A stretch of DNA of 64,000 nt. Source: a virus. This document shows positions 9,954-18,189 of the stretch, piece by piece. Made by a program: the position numbers and the translations under genes. The notes below the pieces were generated by a model that worked only from the letters and a program-made list of their open reading frames with translations, did no database searches and had not been told where the DNA came from. Within the stretch, counting starts at the first letter, position 1. Each line of letters opens with the position of its first letter. Location: IMG/VR virus record IMGVR_UViG_3300017782_000007, positions 22,836 to 86,835 of that record; one strand, given 5' to 3'.

Positions 9954-10274
9954 TCATAATATAAACCATCTATTTTTAATCTTATAAAAATCTACTGCCT
10001 GATTAGTCATATGAAAAGGTTCTACTACAGAAGAATCCATATCTATAACTCTATCTGCTTTAATCATAGGAAACCTAGCTCTCTTCTTATCCGATCTGTA
10101 CCAAGACTTATACTTAATAGTTTCTGTCCAAGGCTTTAATACCTTTACAGATATCTTATCATATTTAGGGTCTAGCGTATATTCCTTAGCCCCCTTAAGT
10201 AATACTACTAAATGATCTTTACTAGCTTCGTGCTCTATAACTTTTCCCATTGGTTGTTGTCTTTTATATGTCAT
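9954..10274 (-). CDS. Hypothetical protein
   Basis: Likely start MTYKRQQ at 10274 after an A-rich leader. Confidence 0.6.
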   Translation of the reverse strand: MTYKRQQPMGKVIEHEASKDHLVVLLKGAKEYTLDPKYDKISVKVLKPWTETIKYKSWYRSDKKRARFPMIKADRVIDMDSSVVEPFHMTNQAVDFYKIKNRWFIL

Positions 10275-10409
10275 TATTTTAAGTTTAATCTTTTTCTTCT
10301 TATTTCTAGCGAAGTAACCCACGTTACTGGCTCGGTATTACATAATTGTGAGAAGCACTCTTCTCTATCTGCTCTATAATGTATATCCATCTCTATGTTT
10401 CTCATGGTA

Positions 10410-10460
10410 CAAAGATACAACATTAAATACCGTTTGTCAAGTTTTTAGCCAATTATTTTC
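10410..10460 (-). promoter_or_regulatory. Leftward promoter TTGACA-N17-TATCTTTG
   Basis: Matches Bacteroidota -7 consensus TAnnTTTG with TTG 20 nt upstream; upstream AAAATAATTGGCTAAAAAC is shared with the promoter at 44102. Confidence 0.7.
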
Positions 10461-10464
10461 AAAA

Positions 10465-10526
10465 AAAATTTTTTTATATATAGGGTGATTGAAAATTTTT
10501 TTATATATAGGGTGATTGAAAATTTT
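10465..10526. repeat. 27-bp tandem direct repeat, about 2.3 copies
   Basis: AAAATTTTTTTATATATAGGGTGATTG at 10465 and 10492, partial third copy at 10519. Confidence 0.9.
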
Positions 10527-10805
10527 ATGTATATTTGAGGGGGTATACCTCCCAAAGCTGTACCCCTTAATTGATTTTGGGTCGAAAGGTGGGGGTTGCT
10601 TCTCTTGTGAGTTGTGATTTTTGGCGATGGTAATTGTGTTTGGAATGTTAGTGCTTCTGTACTAAATACTATTTCGACAGCGGAACATCATCATCAACAT
10701 CAACACATACTTTCCATGTACAATAAGTTATGACACTAGTGCTTGAGTAGGAATACAACATGCGTCATGTACGTTAGCTGTTTTCTTAACTTAAATATTA
10801 ATATC

Positions 10806-11423
10806 ATGACTGAAGTACAAAAATTAAAGGAACAAGCTCAAGAAGTATTCGCACAAACATTTGCTGAATTCGCTAAACCTGAACACGCTAATAACACTAA
10901 AACGTATAGCGCAACAGGGAACAATAGTGGATTTGCGTCAGATGCGTGGGCTGAATACTGTATTGCTGGACAAGAGAAACCATTGCATACAACTATTGAT
11001 TTAGCTGCTTTACCATATAAGATGAAAGCACGAATCATTGGTTATAACTTTGCTACTACTACGGACTCTTCTGGAAAAGACGTGCCAGTATTGGACGCGC
11101 AAGGTAAGAAAATGCCTAAGGACTTCTTGAACTTAGTTGATTTGCCTATTACTGTTACTAAGAAGAACGGTAGTAGAGAATCTAAAGTTATTCAAGTTGC
11201 TCAGATTGTTGCAGCAATAGTATACAGAGATGTTATTACTAGTGTGATTCAAGAGGATTCAGAAATGTGTCTTAAACTTACAATCAACGAGAAAAGTCCA
11301 GCATATTGTAGAACTAGGTTGTATGAAGGCAAGGAATTCATGAAGGTCATTGGGGATACTGGTGAAAAGTATGAGGATGTTACGAGAGAGATTGATGAAA
11401 AGATTGCTGCAATAAATGCTTAA
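10806..11423 (+). CDS. Hypothetical protein (first rightward gene)
   Basis: Likely start MTEVQKLK at 10806; codon usage typical of strong genes. Confidence 0.75.
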   Translation: MTEVQKLKEQAQEVFAQTFAEFAKPEHANNTKTYSATGNNSGFASDAWAEYCIAGQEKPLHTTIDLAALPYKMKARIIGYNFATTTDSSGKDVPVLDAQGKKMPKDFLNLVDLPITVTKKNGSRESKVIQVAQIVAAIVYRDVITSVIQEDSEMCLKLTINEKSPAYCRTRLYEGKEFMKVIGDTGEKYEDVTREIDEKIAAINA

Positions 11424-11493
11424 TGCTAATAGCTTCCCCCACCTTAGACTCCATTTTAGTACTATCTCCCGCTTCTCATGCTTACGGTAGTGC

Positions 11494-11553
11494 TACTCAC
11501 AAGATATCCTTCTCACAAGATAGAATACTCACAAGATAGAATACTCACAAGAT
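11494..11553 (+). repeat. Four 16-nt-period repeats with core CTCACAAGAT
   Basis: Core at 11496, 11512, 11528 and 11544; consensus TACTCACAAGATAGAA. Confidence 0.9.
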
Positions 11554-11614
11554 TTAGTAACCGGGTTCGATACTTACATCTGAGCCGTAAACTCACATAG
11601 CACTAGAGTATAAA

Positions 11615-12280
11615 GTGCCTAATATCATGATGAATTCGTTCAATCCTACACAAGCATTAAAGATCCATGTAAATGATGACAGAATTGAGACTAAACAAGT
11701 CTTAGTATGTTCAAACGTTACATTAGAAAACAGTACAAAGTCTCATCGTGCTGTTATTACTGAAGCGATTAAGCAAAGATGGCAACATTGTGCTATCGAG
11801 ATGGGGAAATCGTTACACTACGCGTATATAGACGAGAAATACAATGATAACAACGACATGTTCCAAATTACGATGGAAGCATGTTCGGAGGGAATTACTG
11901 AGAATGTATTCAACCCTTACTCATTTGCATTAATGACTAAGTTTATTGAGAAACTTGATTTGTTAGCTACTTTCGAGGGACATGAGAGTATTGATGTTGA
12001 CTTTAGAACAATTGTTCAATTAGTTAAAGCATTGAAAGATTATTCTCCTCAATGTGGATTTGCTAGTGATAAGGAAAAAGCTACTAAGGTTGCTGATAAG
12101 TTATTTAATCAGTTATTGGAAATAGTAGTTGCTTATACTTATAGTCCTCCACAACCTACTCTTGAACCATTATCTCCTCTTGAGAAGAAGAAGAAAGCTA
12201 GATTAGCTAATATTTCAAAGCCAGAGAAGGAAGATAAAGCCTTTGAATTTGCTGCTGATGATGATCTATTAAAAGATTAA
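11615..12280 (+). CDS. Hypothetical protein
   Basis: 221 aa ORF (start may be ATG 11627). Confidence 0.7.
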   Translation: MPNIMMNSFNPTQALKIHVNDDRIETKQVLVCSNVTLENSTKSHRAVITEAIKQRWQHCAIEMGKSLHYAYIDEKYNDNNDMFQITMEACSEGITENVFNPYSFALMTKFIEKLDLLATFEGHESIDVDFRTIVQLVKALKDYSPQCGFASDKEKATKVADKLFNQLLEIVVAYTYSPPQPTLEPLSPLEKKKKARLANISKPEKEDKAFEFAADDDLLKD

Positions 12281-12323
12281 TCACATGGTTATAAAGATTG
12301 TTACATATAGATGAATCCCTTTG

Positions 12324-12357
12324 GAGAGTTGCTATTAATTTAGTAGCTCTCTTTTTT
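12324..12357 (+). terminator. Intrinsic terminator
   Basis: GAGAGTTGCTA/TAGTAGCTCTC stem then T6. Confidence 0.7.
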
Positions 12358-12380
12358 GTTTACCTTAAAATAACATTGTT

Positions 12381-12725
12381 ATGACAAATGAAGTAATAAA
12401 CAACTTATTGGAAATAGCTGAATTGAATCGTGAGACTCAAACTCTTGTACTATTAATTAAACATTCTCCTCAAGAGAATCTTAAAGAATATCGCAAGCAG
12501 CTCTTAATACGTAAGGAAGAAAAGTTATCTAAGTATGATACAAGAGAGATAGAAGCTGTAGATAATAAGATATATCTTACTATTACTCAAGCACATTCTT
12601 TAGCATACCACCTCAATAGACCATTTGAGGAGAATGAGGAATATGATGATGGCTACTGTAGTAGTGATCGTGAAGTATCTCCTCCTTGGGATGATAATGA
12701 AGCTGCTTATTGGAATATGGATTAG
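12381..12725 (+). CDS. Hypothetical protein with acidic C-terminus
   Basis: ORF with ACCTTAAAA-type start context. Confidence 0.65.
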   Translation: MTNEVINNLLEIAELNRETQTLVLLIKHSPQENLKEYRKQLLIRKEEKLSKYDTREIEAVDNKIYLTITQAHSLAYHLNRPFEENEEYDDGYCSSDREVSPPWDDNEAAYWNMD

Positions 12726-12775
12726 AATTATGAGGGTGAAACTCCCTCTATTTTTAACCTTAAAACAGTAATATT

Positions 12776-13084
12776 ATGATCAGTAAACATGTAATCGAAG
12801 AATTAGCAAAATTAAACAAAGAATTATCTAATACCCACAAAATAGATGCTTTCATCCTTGATGTGATTAATCAAATTAGGACTAACCAGTTAATTTTAAA
12901 CAAACGTGGATACTACGTTTGTAACATAGGTGGCCTTTTTACATCTTTATTCCACTTAAATGGACCTTTACCACTTAAAGCGTATGAAGAACTTAGCGAA
13001 GCATTTAAGGAAGCAGGATTTACTGTTAAACCTTTTGTAGGCACCGAACATTTGATTGATAAATTCTTTTTTAAACCTTCTTAA
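12776..13084 (+). CDS. Hypothetical protein
   Basis: ORF with ACCTTAAAA-type start context. Confidence 0.65.
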   Translation: MISKHVIEELAKLNKELSNTHKIDAFILDVINQIRTNQLILNKRGYYVCNIGGLFTSLFHLNGPLPLKAYEELSEAFKEAGFTVKPFVGTEHLIDKFFFKPS

Positions 13085-13323
13085 ACCCGTATGTTATGGC
13101 ATTAGCTACAGCTATTATCATTATTGGAATACTACTCGCATTAGCTGAGACTTCCAGATAAACCATAACATAACCATGATTACCTAAGCACAGACTCCTA
13201 ACAGAACGGAGTCCAGAGCACCTTAGTCGGATATGGTGCCAGAATATGACCGACTATTTCCCTTAACAGGGTGAGCATCCTATGTCACGGGCAATGCAAT
13301 ATAACCTAATAGACACATTTTAA

Positions 13324-13490
13324 GCCTGATCGTGATACCATCCTAAGTAACTGGAGTATCACCCTTATCTTGAGACGTTCAAAGAATTACTACTCAAGAG
13401 AATGGAAGCTGAAAGAGAGTCAGCAGCATAGTAACGGATTAATAGCGTGCTATGTCGAAATTAAAGGTGCGAATCCTTCATCAGGCACTA
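13324..13490 (+). ncRNA. Expanded tRNA-like RNA (acceptor + T-arm enclosing four hairpins)
   Basis: GCCTGAT/ATCAGGC 7-bp stem; AAAGG-TGCGAAT-CCTTC T-like arm; ends A-CTA. Confidence 0.5.
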
Positions 13491-13508
13491 TTCGTGAGAT
13501 AATTTGTT

Positions 13509-13538
13509 AAGGGGAGCATTAGTGCTCCCTTATTTTTT
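13509..13538 (+). terminator. Intrinsic terminator
   Basis: GGGGAGCA-ttag-TGCTCCCT then T-tract. Confidence 0.7.
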
Positions 13539-13556
13539 CAACCTAAAAAGATTAAT

Positions 13557-13715
13557 ATGAATATCATAAAACAATCTAAACTCTGGTGGAATAAACTTCC
13601 ATTAGAGGATAAACTCTATCAAATCTCAGGAACTACTATGACAGTAGCTAGTATAACTGAGACGCAAGTTAAGCAATTGTATTTGCTTGCGAGAGGACCA
13701 CAAGAAAGAAATTAA
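13557..13715 (+). CDS. Small hypothetical protein (52 aa)
   Basis: MNIIKQSKLWWNKLPLEDK...; below track cutoff; typical start context. Confidence 0.55.
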   Translation: MNIIKQSKLWWNKLPLEDKLYQISGTTMTVASITETQVKQLYLLARGPQERN

Positions 13716-13732
13716 TTTACTCAACCTTAAAA

Positions 13733-14179
13733 TTGACAAACGTGAGAGATTTAAAAAGATTAGCAATCATAGTATTCCCACTCTTATCTGTATTATTATA
13801 CTTGCTAGGCCAGAATGAAGCTGATAAGTATGATGAAGCATCCTATCAATTGATTGAGACTAAGAAAGAAGTTAGAGAACTTCAGAAGTCATTAGATATC
13901 AATGAGGAGATGCTTACTGAAGAAATAGAGAAAACAAGAGCTCATCAAATAGCTTTTGAACACATCAGACAACCAGAAGACCAACTATACTACATGACAT
14001 TCTTTAATACTTCGGACGAAGTAGAGATGTTTGTGGAAGGTACATTCTATAATCCTGCTGAAAAAGGATTAAAAACAATTGATATATCCCCAGATATGGA
14101 GGAAGAAATGAAAGTATACTCTAAGTTCTTCAAGGAATTAGAATACGAAATAACATATTCTCATACTCTTGGGGAATAA
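13733..14179 (+). CDS. Membrane-anchored coiled-coil protein
   Basis: N-terminal TM helix; TTG start. Confidence 0.65.
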   Translation: MTNVRDLKRLAIIVFPLLSVLLYLLGQNEADKYDEASYQLIETKKEVRELQKSLDINEEMLTEEIEKTRAHQIAFEHIRQPEDQLYYMTFFNTSDEVEMFVEGTFYNPAEKGLKTIDISPDMEEEMKVYSKFFKELEYEITYSHTLGE

Positions 14180-14352
14180 AATATGATGTTCGTTTAATTG
14201 GGGGAGCAGAACTAGTCTCCCCTTTTTACCTGTTCCCCCAACAGGTTCGACATGTACATCTGAATTGATTACAATTGGGTTTTATTGATATATGGTAGAA
14301 GGGGGAGTATTTATACTCTCCCTACTTTAAGTTAAGAAAAATGCGTCAGGAA

Positions 14353-14403
14353 TTCCCACAGGTTAAATAACTGTAACCTCATTTGCGTGAGGTGTGGGAA
14401 CTA
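14353..14403 (+). ncRNA. Three-way-junction motif, copy A
   Basis: TTCCCACA GGTT-AAAT-AACT GTAA CCTCA-TTTGCG-TGAGG TGTGGGAA CTA. Confidence 0.65.
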
Positions 14404-14421
14404 ATCAAAATACCTATTACA

Positions 14422-14661
14422 ATGAAAAAAAGAAATATTTTATCGGTACTCTTATATTTATGGTTATCTTTCTCTTGCTTGTACTTCTTTGCAGTACTTA
14501 AAAGAGCACATGATGACATTGATAAGAATTACCACATTAAACTTGAAGAACAAAGAGTTTTAAAAGACTCTATTAAATTATTAAAAAAAGAAATTTACGA
14601 TGAAACTAGAAGGAATAATTATCGGAATTCTCCTCCTATCCTTGATGGGAGCGGGGATTAA
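14422..14661 (+). CDS. Small TM and coiled-coil protein
   Basis: Likely start MKKRNIL; TM helix. Confidence 0.6.
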   Translation: MKKRNILSVLLYLWLSFSCLYFFAVLKRAHDDIDKNYHIKLEEQRVLKDSIKLLKKEIYDETRRNNYRNSPPILDGSGD

Positions 14662-15064
14662 TAGTATATATACTCAGTATGAAAACCATATCCCTGAGTA
14701 TACTTACACGTCTCCTGCTATTGAAGCAGATACAGTTGACCGACTAGCGGAATTGCGTAAGAGATTTGAACCTCTACATAATAATCGCTATGACTTCAAC
14801 ATGCGAATGTGGCTAAGGGATAACCCTAATACTACATATGAATTAGCAGAAGCTCATAGAGTGATGCTATGGAAGAAATACTCAGGCTATTCCAAGCCAA
14901 TGAAAGGATATTCTGGTACATATAATCAGGAAACTAAGAGATATGAACCAACAATACTTAGCGAACTTAGAAAAGAGCCTTCATTCATTGAAGAATATGC
15001 TCAACGTACAGCACCTATAGAAACCCCTGAAACTATTATTGAAATTAAAATCGTACACAGATGA
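14600..15064 (+). CDS. Membrane-anchored hypothetical protein
   Basis: N-terminal hydrophobic helix. Confidence 0.65.
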   Translation: MKLEGIIIGILLLSLMGAGINSIYTQYENHIPEYTYTSPAIEADTVDRLAELRKRFEPLHNNRYDFNMRMWLRDNPNTTYELAEAHRVMLWKKYSGYSKPMKGYSGTYNQETKRYEPTILSELRKEPSFIEEYAQRTAPIETPETIIEIKIVHR

Positions 15065-15228
15065 GAATTATTATAATTCTATGTATCTGGGTATACTTTG
15101 TGATAAGCTTCGGCTGTCCAAAGTCAACAACTCTCCCCTCAGCAGAGTTACAAGGAGCAATAGACATATCTTTGTCACTAATCCTAGTCGGATTATGTTT
15201 GCACGGGTATGCTAAAAAGAATATGTGA
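15061..15228 (+). CDS. Small two-TM protein (55 aa)
   Basis: MRIIIILCIWVYFVISFGC...LSLILVGLCLHGYAKKNM; ATGA overlap with upstream stop. Confidence 0.55.
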   Translation: MRIIIILCIWVYFVISFGCPKSTTLPSAELQGAIDISLSLILVGLCLHGYAKKNM

Positions 15229-15310
15229 TAGGTTGAACGATGGGAGGTACTCAAGTAATTGGGTGCTTCCCACTTTAACAAAGAACTTTTCATGCGTTTG
15301 TTTTAATCTG

Positions 15311-15342
15311 GTGAGACAGCTTAGCGGCTGTCTTACTTTTTT
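15311..15342 (+). terminator. Intrinsic terminator
   Basis: GTGAGACAGC-TTAGCG-GCTGTCTTAC then T6. Confidence 0.7.
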
Positions 15343-15377
15343 CCCTCGTCATTAGCGTGACACAAAATTGTTTTAAG

Positions 15378-16136
15378 ATGTTAGAATACTTAAAAAAAAT
15401 ACGACCTTTCCATGTAATCAACGTAGTGTTAGATTACTTGGTGGAATCTAAATACATTCAAATATATTCTGCAATGTGTTTATTGGTTGGAATGTATGTA
15501 ACCACTATGGTTGCATTTAATACAATCACTTATATAGCTGGCTTGGAAGTACTTCCTAAATTAGCCACTACTACTGAAACGACAACGATTATTGATTCTC
15601 CGAAGAAATTATCTTCTATGGCCAAGCCAGAAAGAGAATACGACAGCAACAAAGGAACAAAGAATGCTACACCTTATTACTTGAAAGAGATGTCAGAAGT
15701 GGCAATCAAGGAACAAGATAAATTTGGTATACCTGCTAGTATTACGTTAGCTCAATATCACCTTGAATCAGGTGTAAGGGCAGATAAACCACCTTCAGAC
15801 CTAGCAGTTGAAGATAATAACTGGTTTGGAATGAAATATACTGATAACTTCTATGCATTTCTTAAGAAAAGAGGAATAGTGATAAGTAGAGGAGAGAAAA
15901 GATGCAACAGAAGAGGTAAAGATTGTGCTAATTATGCTGTATTTGCTAGTAGATGGGAATGTTTTAGAGCTAAGTCTCTACTACTTACCAACTCAAACTA
16001 CAGTAGAATTAAAGGAGATACGTACATTGATTGGGCTAAGGGATTAAAGGAGTATGGCTATGCTACTGACCCCAATTATGATAAGAAGTTAATAAAAATA
16101 GTGGAAAAGTTTGGCTTAGCCAAATACGATTCATAA
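15378..16136 (+). CDS. GH73/FlgJ-type peptidoglycan glucosaminidase with TM anchor
   Basis: GIPASITLAQYHLESG, NNWFGMK, GYATDPNYDKKL motifs; TM helix near N-terminus. Confidence 0.88.
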   Translation: MLEYLKKIRPFHVINVVLDYLVESKYIQIYSAMCLLVGMYVTTMVAFNTITYIAGLEVLPKLATTTETTTIIDSPKKLSSMAKPEREYDSNKGTKNATPYYLKEMSEVAIKEQDKFGIPASITLAQYHLESGVRADKPPSDLAVEDNNWFGMKYTDNFYAFLKKRGIVISRGEKRCNRRGKDCANYAVFASRWECFRAKSLLLTNSNYSRIKGDTYIDWAKGLKEYGYATDPNYDKKLIKIVEKFGLAKYDS

Positions 16137-16165
16137 AGAAACGTTTGTTCATAGTAGAGAGGGTA

Positions 16166-16197
16166 TCCCTGGCCAGTAACATGGTCGGGGACTTTTT
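16166..16197 (+). terminator. Intrinsic terminator
   Basis: TCCCTGGCCA/TGGTCGGGGA stem then T5. Confidence 0.6.
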
Positions 16198-16214
16198 ACA
16201 CAATCACATAAATA

Positions 16215-16409
16215 ATGGCACAAAGAACAAGTAAAAAAGAAATATATAACCGAGCATGGAATGATGCTATCATATCTATACTCGAACACCTTCTTGAAGA
16301 GGGACAAGGAATAGATTTATCTCATTTCAACCGAAAGGAAGAGATTAGAGAGAAAAAATACAAAGAATTTGAAGAACTAGAGAAGGAATTAAGGCGTAGG
16401 CATACGTAA
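16215..16409 (+). CDS. Hypothetical protein
   Basis: 64 aa ORF. Confidence 0.6.
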   Translation: MAQRTSKKEIYNRAWNDAIISILEHLLEEGQGIDLSHFNRKEEIREKKYKEFEELEKELRRRHT

Positions 16410-16586
16410 CTGACCAGCTCTGTTCTTTAGGGTACAGAGCAAATCTACAGTCCACGGGCTGTAGAGTTAGGATCGTGCAACGCGTACGGCCAAGGCTACA
16501 ATGACTGAGATTTGATAATAACATCCGAGTACCAGGGAGAGTCTAGTTTAGGCTCTCCTTATTTAAAAACTTAAAAATAGTTATTT

Positions 16587-16940
16587 ATGATACATGCATC
16601 ATTAGATTATTCCCCGAAAAAGCTACAGAATGTTGATGAAGAAGAGATTATTAAGCTATTAAGATGCTTAATATTTGCAGACAGGGTATACTCTGCACGT
16701 ATATTAGTTATGACTATATATGGTGTTGATTATACTGAGTCAATCTTCATTGTCCAGCAGACAAAAACATTATTGGGGAGTAAAGCTCCTGATTTAAAAT
16801 ACAAGAAATTCATCTCTCCCAACAAGTTTAACGACTTATTAAAGGCGATAGATAACCCTAGGTTCTATGATTTCCCTAACCGAGACTCATTAGAATACAA
16901 GGAAAAAACTATTAAAGATATTACTGGCCATGGAAGATAG
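16587..16940 (+). CDS. Hypothetical protein
   Basis: 117 aa ORF. Confidence 0.65.
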   Translation: MIHASLDYSPKKLQNVDEEEIIKLLRCLIFADRVYSARILVMTIYGVDYTESIFIVQQTKTLLGSKAPDLKYKKFISPNKFNDLLKAIDNPRFYDFPNRDSLEYKEKTIKDITGHGR

Positions 16941-17100
16941 CAGTTTAGTATTCTTACCAGTATCTGTAATGTCCTATAGATTGAGAAGAGCTCTCTTTTC
17001 AAATAGGACATACGTATCCGGAGATCGTTACATCATTCCATTGGAGATGTTAATGATCAATGGTAGTGCCTACATGGAAGTATTAGTCTTAATGAAATAG
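16930..17100 (+). CDS. Small hypothetical protein (56 aa)
   Basis: MEDSSLVFLPVSVMSYRLRR...; fills the gap before the tRNA-like element. Confidence 0.5.
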   Translation: MEDSSLVFLPVSVMSYRLRRALFSNRTYVSGDRYIIPLEMLMINGSAYMEVLVLMK

Positions 17101-17105
17101 CCCTA

Positions 17106-17213
17106 GGTATAGCAGGTTTGCTATTGGTTGTATTGTTAATGTTGAGAGTTGGTTACTCTTCAACAACTTTACTAAATGCCAATAATTAGGTTCAATTCCT
17201 TTTTATACCGCTA
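17106..17213 (+). ncRNA. tRNA-like RNA with a long hairpin in place of the anticodon arm
   Basis: GGTATAG/TTATACC stem; AGG-TTCAATT-CCT T-arm; internal TATTGG..GTTGAGAGT/ACTCTTCAAC..CCAATA; ends G-CTA. Confidence 0.5.
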
Positions 17214-17230
17214 ACCAAACCATTGTTATC

Positions 17231-17719
17231 ATGAACAGACCACCGTTTCAGTATCTTTTCTTTGCCACTCTCTTAATGATGGCAGCTTTAGTCTTACATC
17301 TTAATGAAGATAAACCTGTATCAGTAGAGAAAGAGAACTTAGAAGTCCCTCAAGAATTAATAGATTGTAGATCAGCTCGTTTAGATGCTGAACAAGAATT
17401 AGTAAATGAGAGACTTAAGACTCAAACATTAAGAGAAGAATACGATGAGGCCGCTTTAGAACTACAAGTATTTGATAGTTCTCTAGTAACATTATTCAGT
17501 AGCTTTACGAGGCTTAAAGATGCTCAAAGGTATCTTAAAAAGCTAAATAAAGGATCAGATTACCTTATATATTTAATAGTACTCTATGAAGAGTATGAAT
17601 TAGATGTATACCCTAATCAAATAACTTCTGGCGGGAGAAAGTTAGAGAATCCTACAATTAAAGCAATTGATTATAAAGATGTTCAAATCCAAGGAATTGG
17701 TATTACGTATCCACATTAG
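17231..17719 (+). CDS. Membrane-anchored coiled-coil protein
   Basis: N-terminal TM; C-terminal part weakly SPOR-like (SFTRLKDAQRYLKKL). Confidence 0.65.
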   Translation: MNRPPFQYLFFATLLMMAALVLHLNEDKPVSVEKENLEVPQELIDCRSARLDAEQELVNERLKTQTLREEYDEAALELQVFDSSLVTLFSSFTRLKDAQRYLKKLNKGSDYLIYLIVLYEEYELDVYPNQITSGGRKLENPTIKAIDYKDVQIQGIGITYPH

Positions 17720-17930
17720 GTGGGTAGTAATTTTTATTATTGTTCAAATTATTATCTGCATCCTCGCCGGTGCAGGTATAGCACACTATGAGAAAAGCAG
17801 AAGCAATGATGGTGGTAGAAAGATCATTCCCAAAAGACCTAAGCTGGTTCAGGTACAATCAGTATTCGACAAAAGAACTCCTAGAGTTCTCAGCAAATCT
17901 TTTAGATCATCTATCATCAAGAGGAGTTAA
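17679..17930 (+). CDS. Small TM protein (overlaps next ORF)
   Basis: WVVIFIIVQIIICILAGAGIA TM helix. Confidence 0.45.
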   Translation: MFKSKELVLRIHIRWVVIFIIVQIIICILAGAGIAHYEKSRSNDGGRKIIPKRPKLVQVQSVFDKRTPRVLSKSFRSSIIKRS

Positions 17931-17979
17931 TATAACTGAGGTAGCAGATAGACTTGAGGGGGTCATATCTGCGCACTAA
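17788..17979 (+). CDS. Hypothetical protein
   Basis: 63 aa ORF ending at a C(TTCG)G hairpin. Confidence 0.5.
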   Translation: MRKAEAMMVVERSFPKDLSWFRYNQYSTKELLEFSANLLDHLSSRGVNITEVADRLEGVISAH

Positions 17980-18189
17980 GGCTTCGGCCTTGGTGTTCCT
18001 TAGTATATATTAAAATTAAATAAAAGTCGCTTAGAACGCCTTAAAATGGCTTATACGATATAACCACACTTACAAGACGACATTATATATCCCAAAAACT
18101 TATAGTTGTCTGTTTGCTGGTAAGGGGGACAGTTGTGAGATGCTGTCCTCCTCTTTAAGAAATTACTTAATCTTCTAAATAATACTCTC

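Noticed and set aside
11494-11553. Mini CRISPR array
   Set aside because: The 16-nt period leaves no unique spacers, and no cas genes are present.
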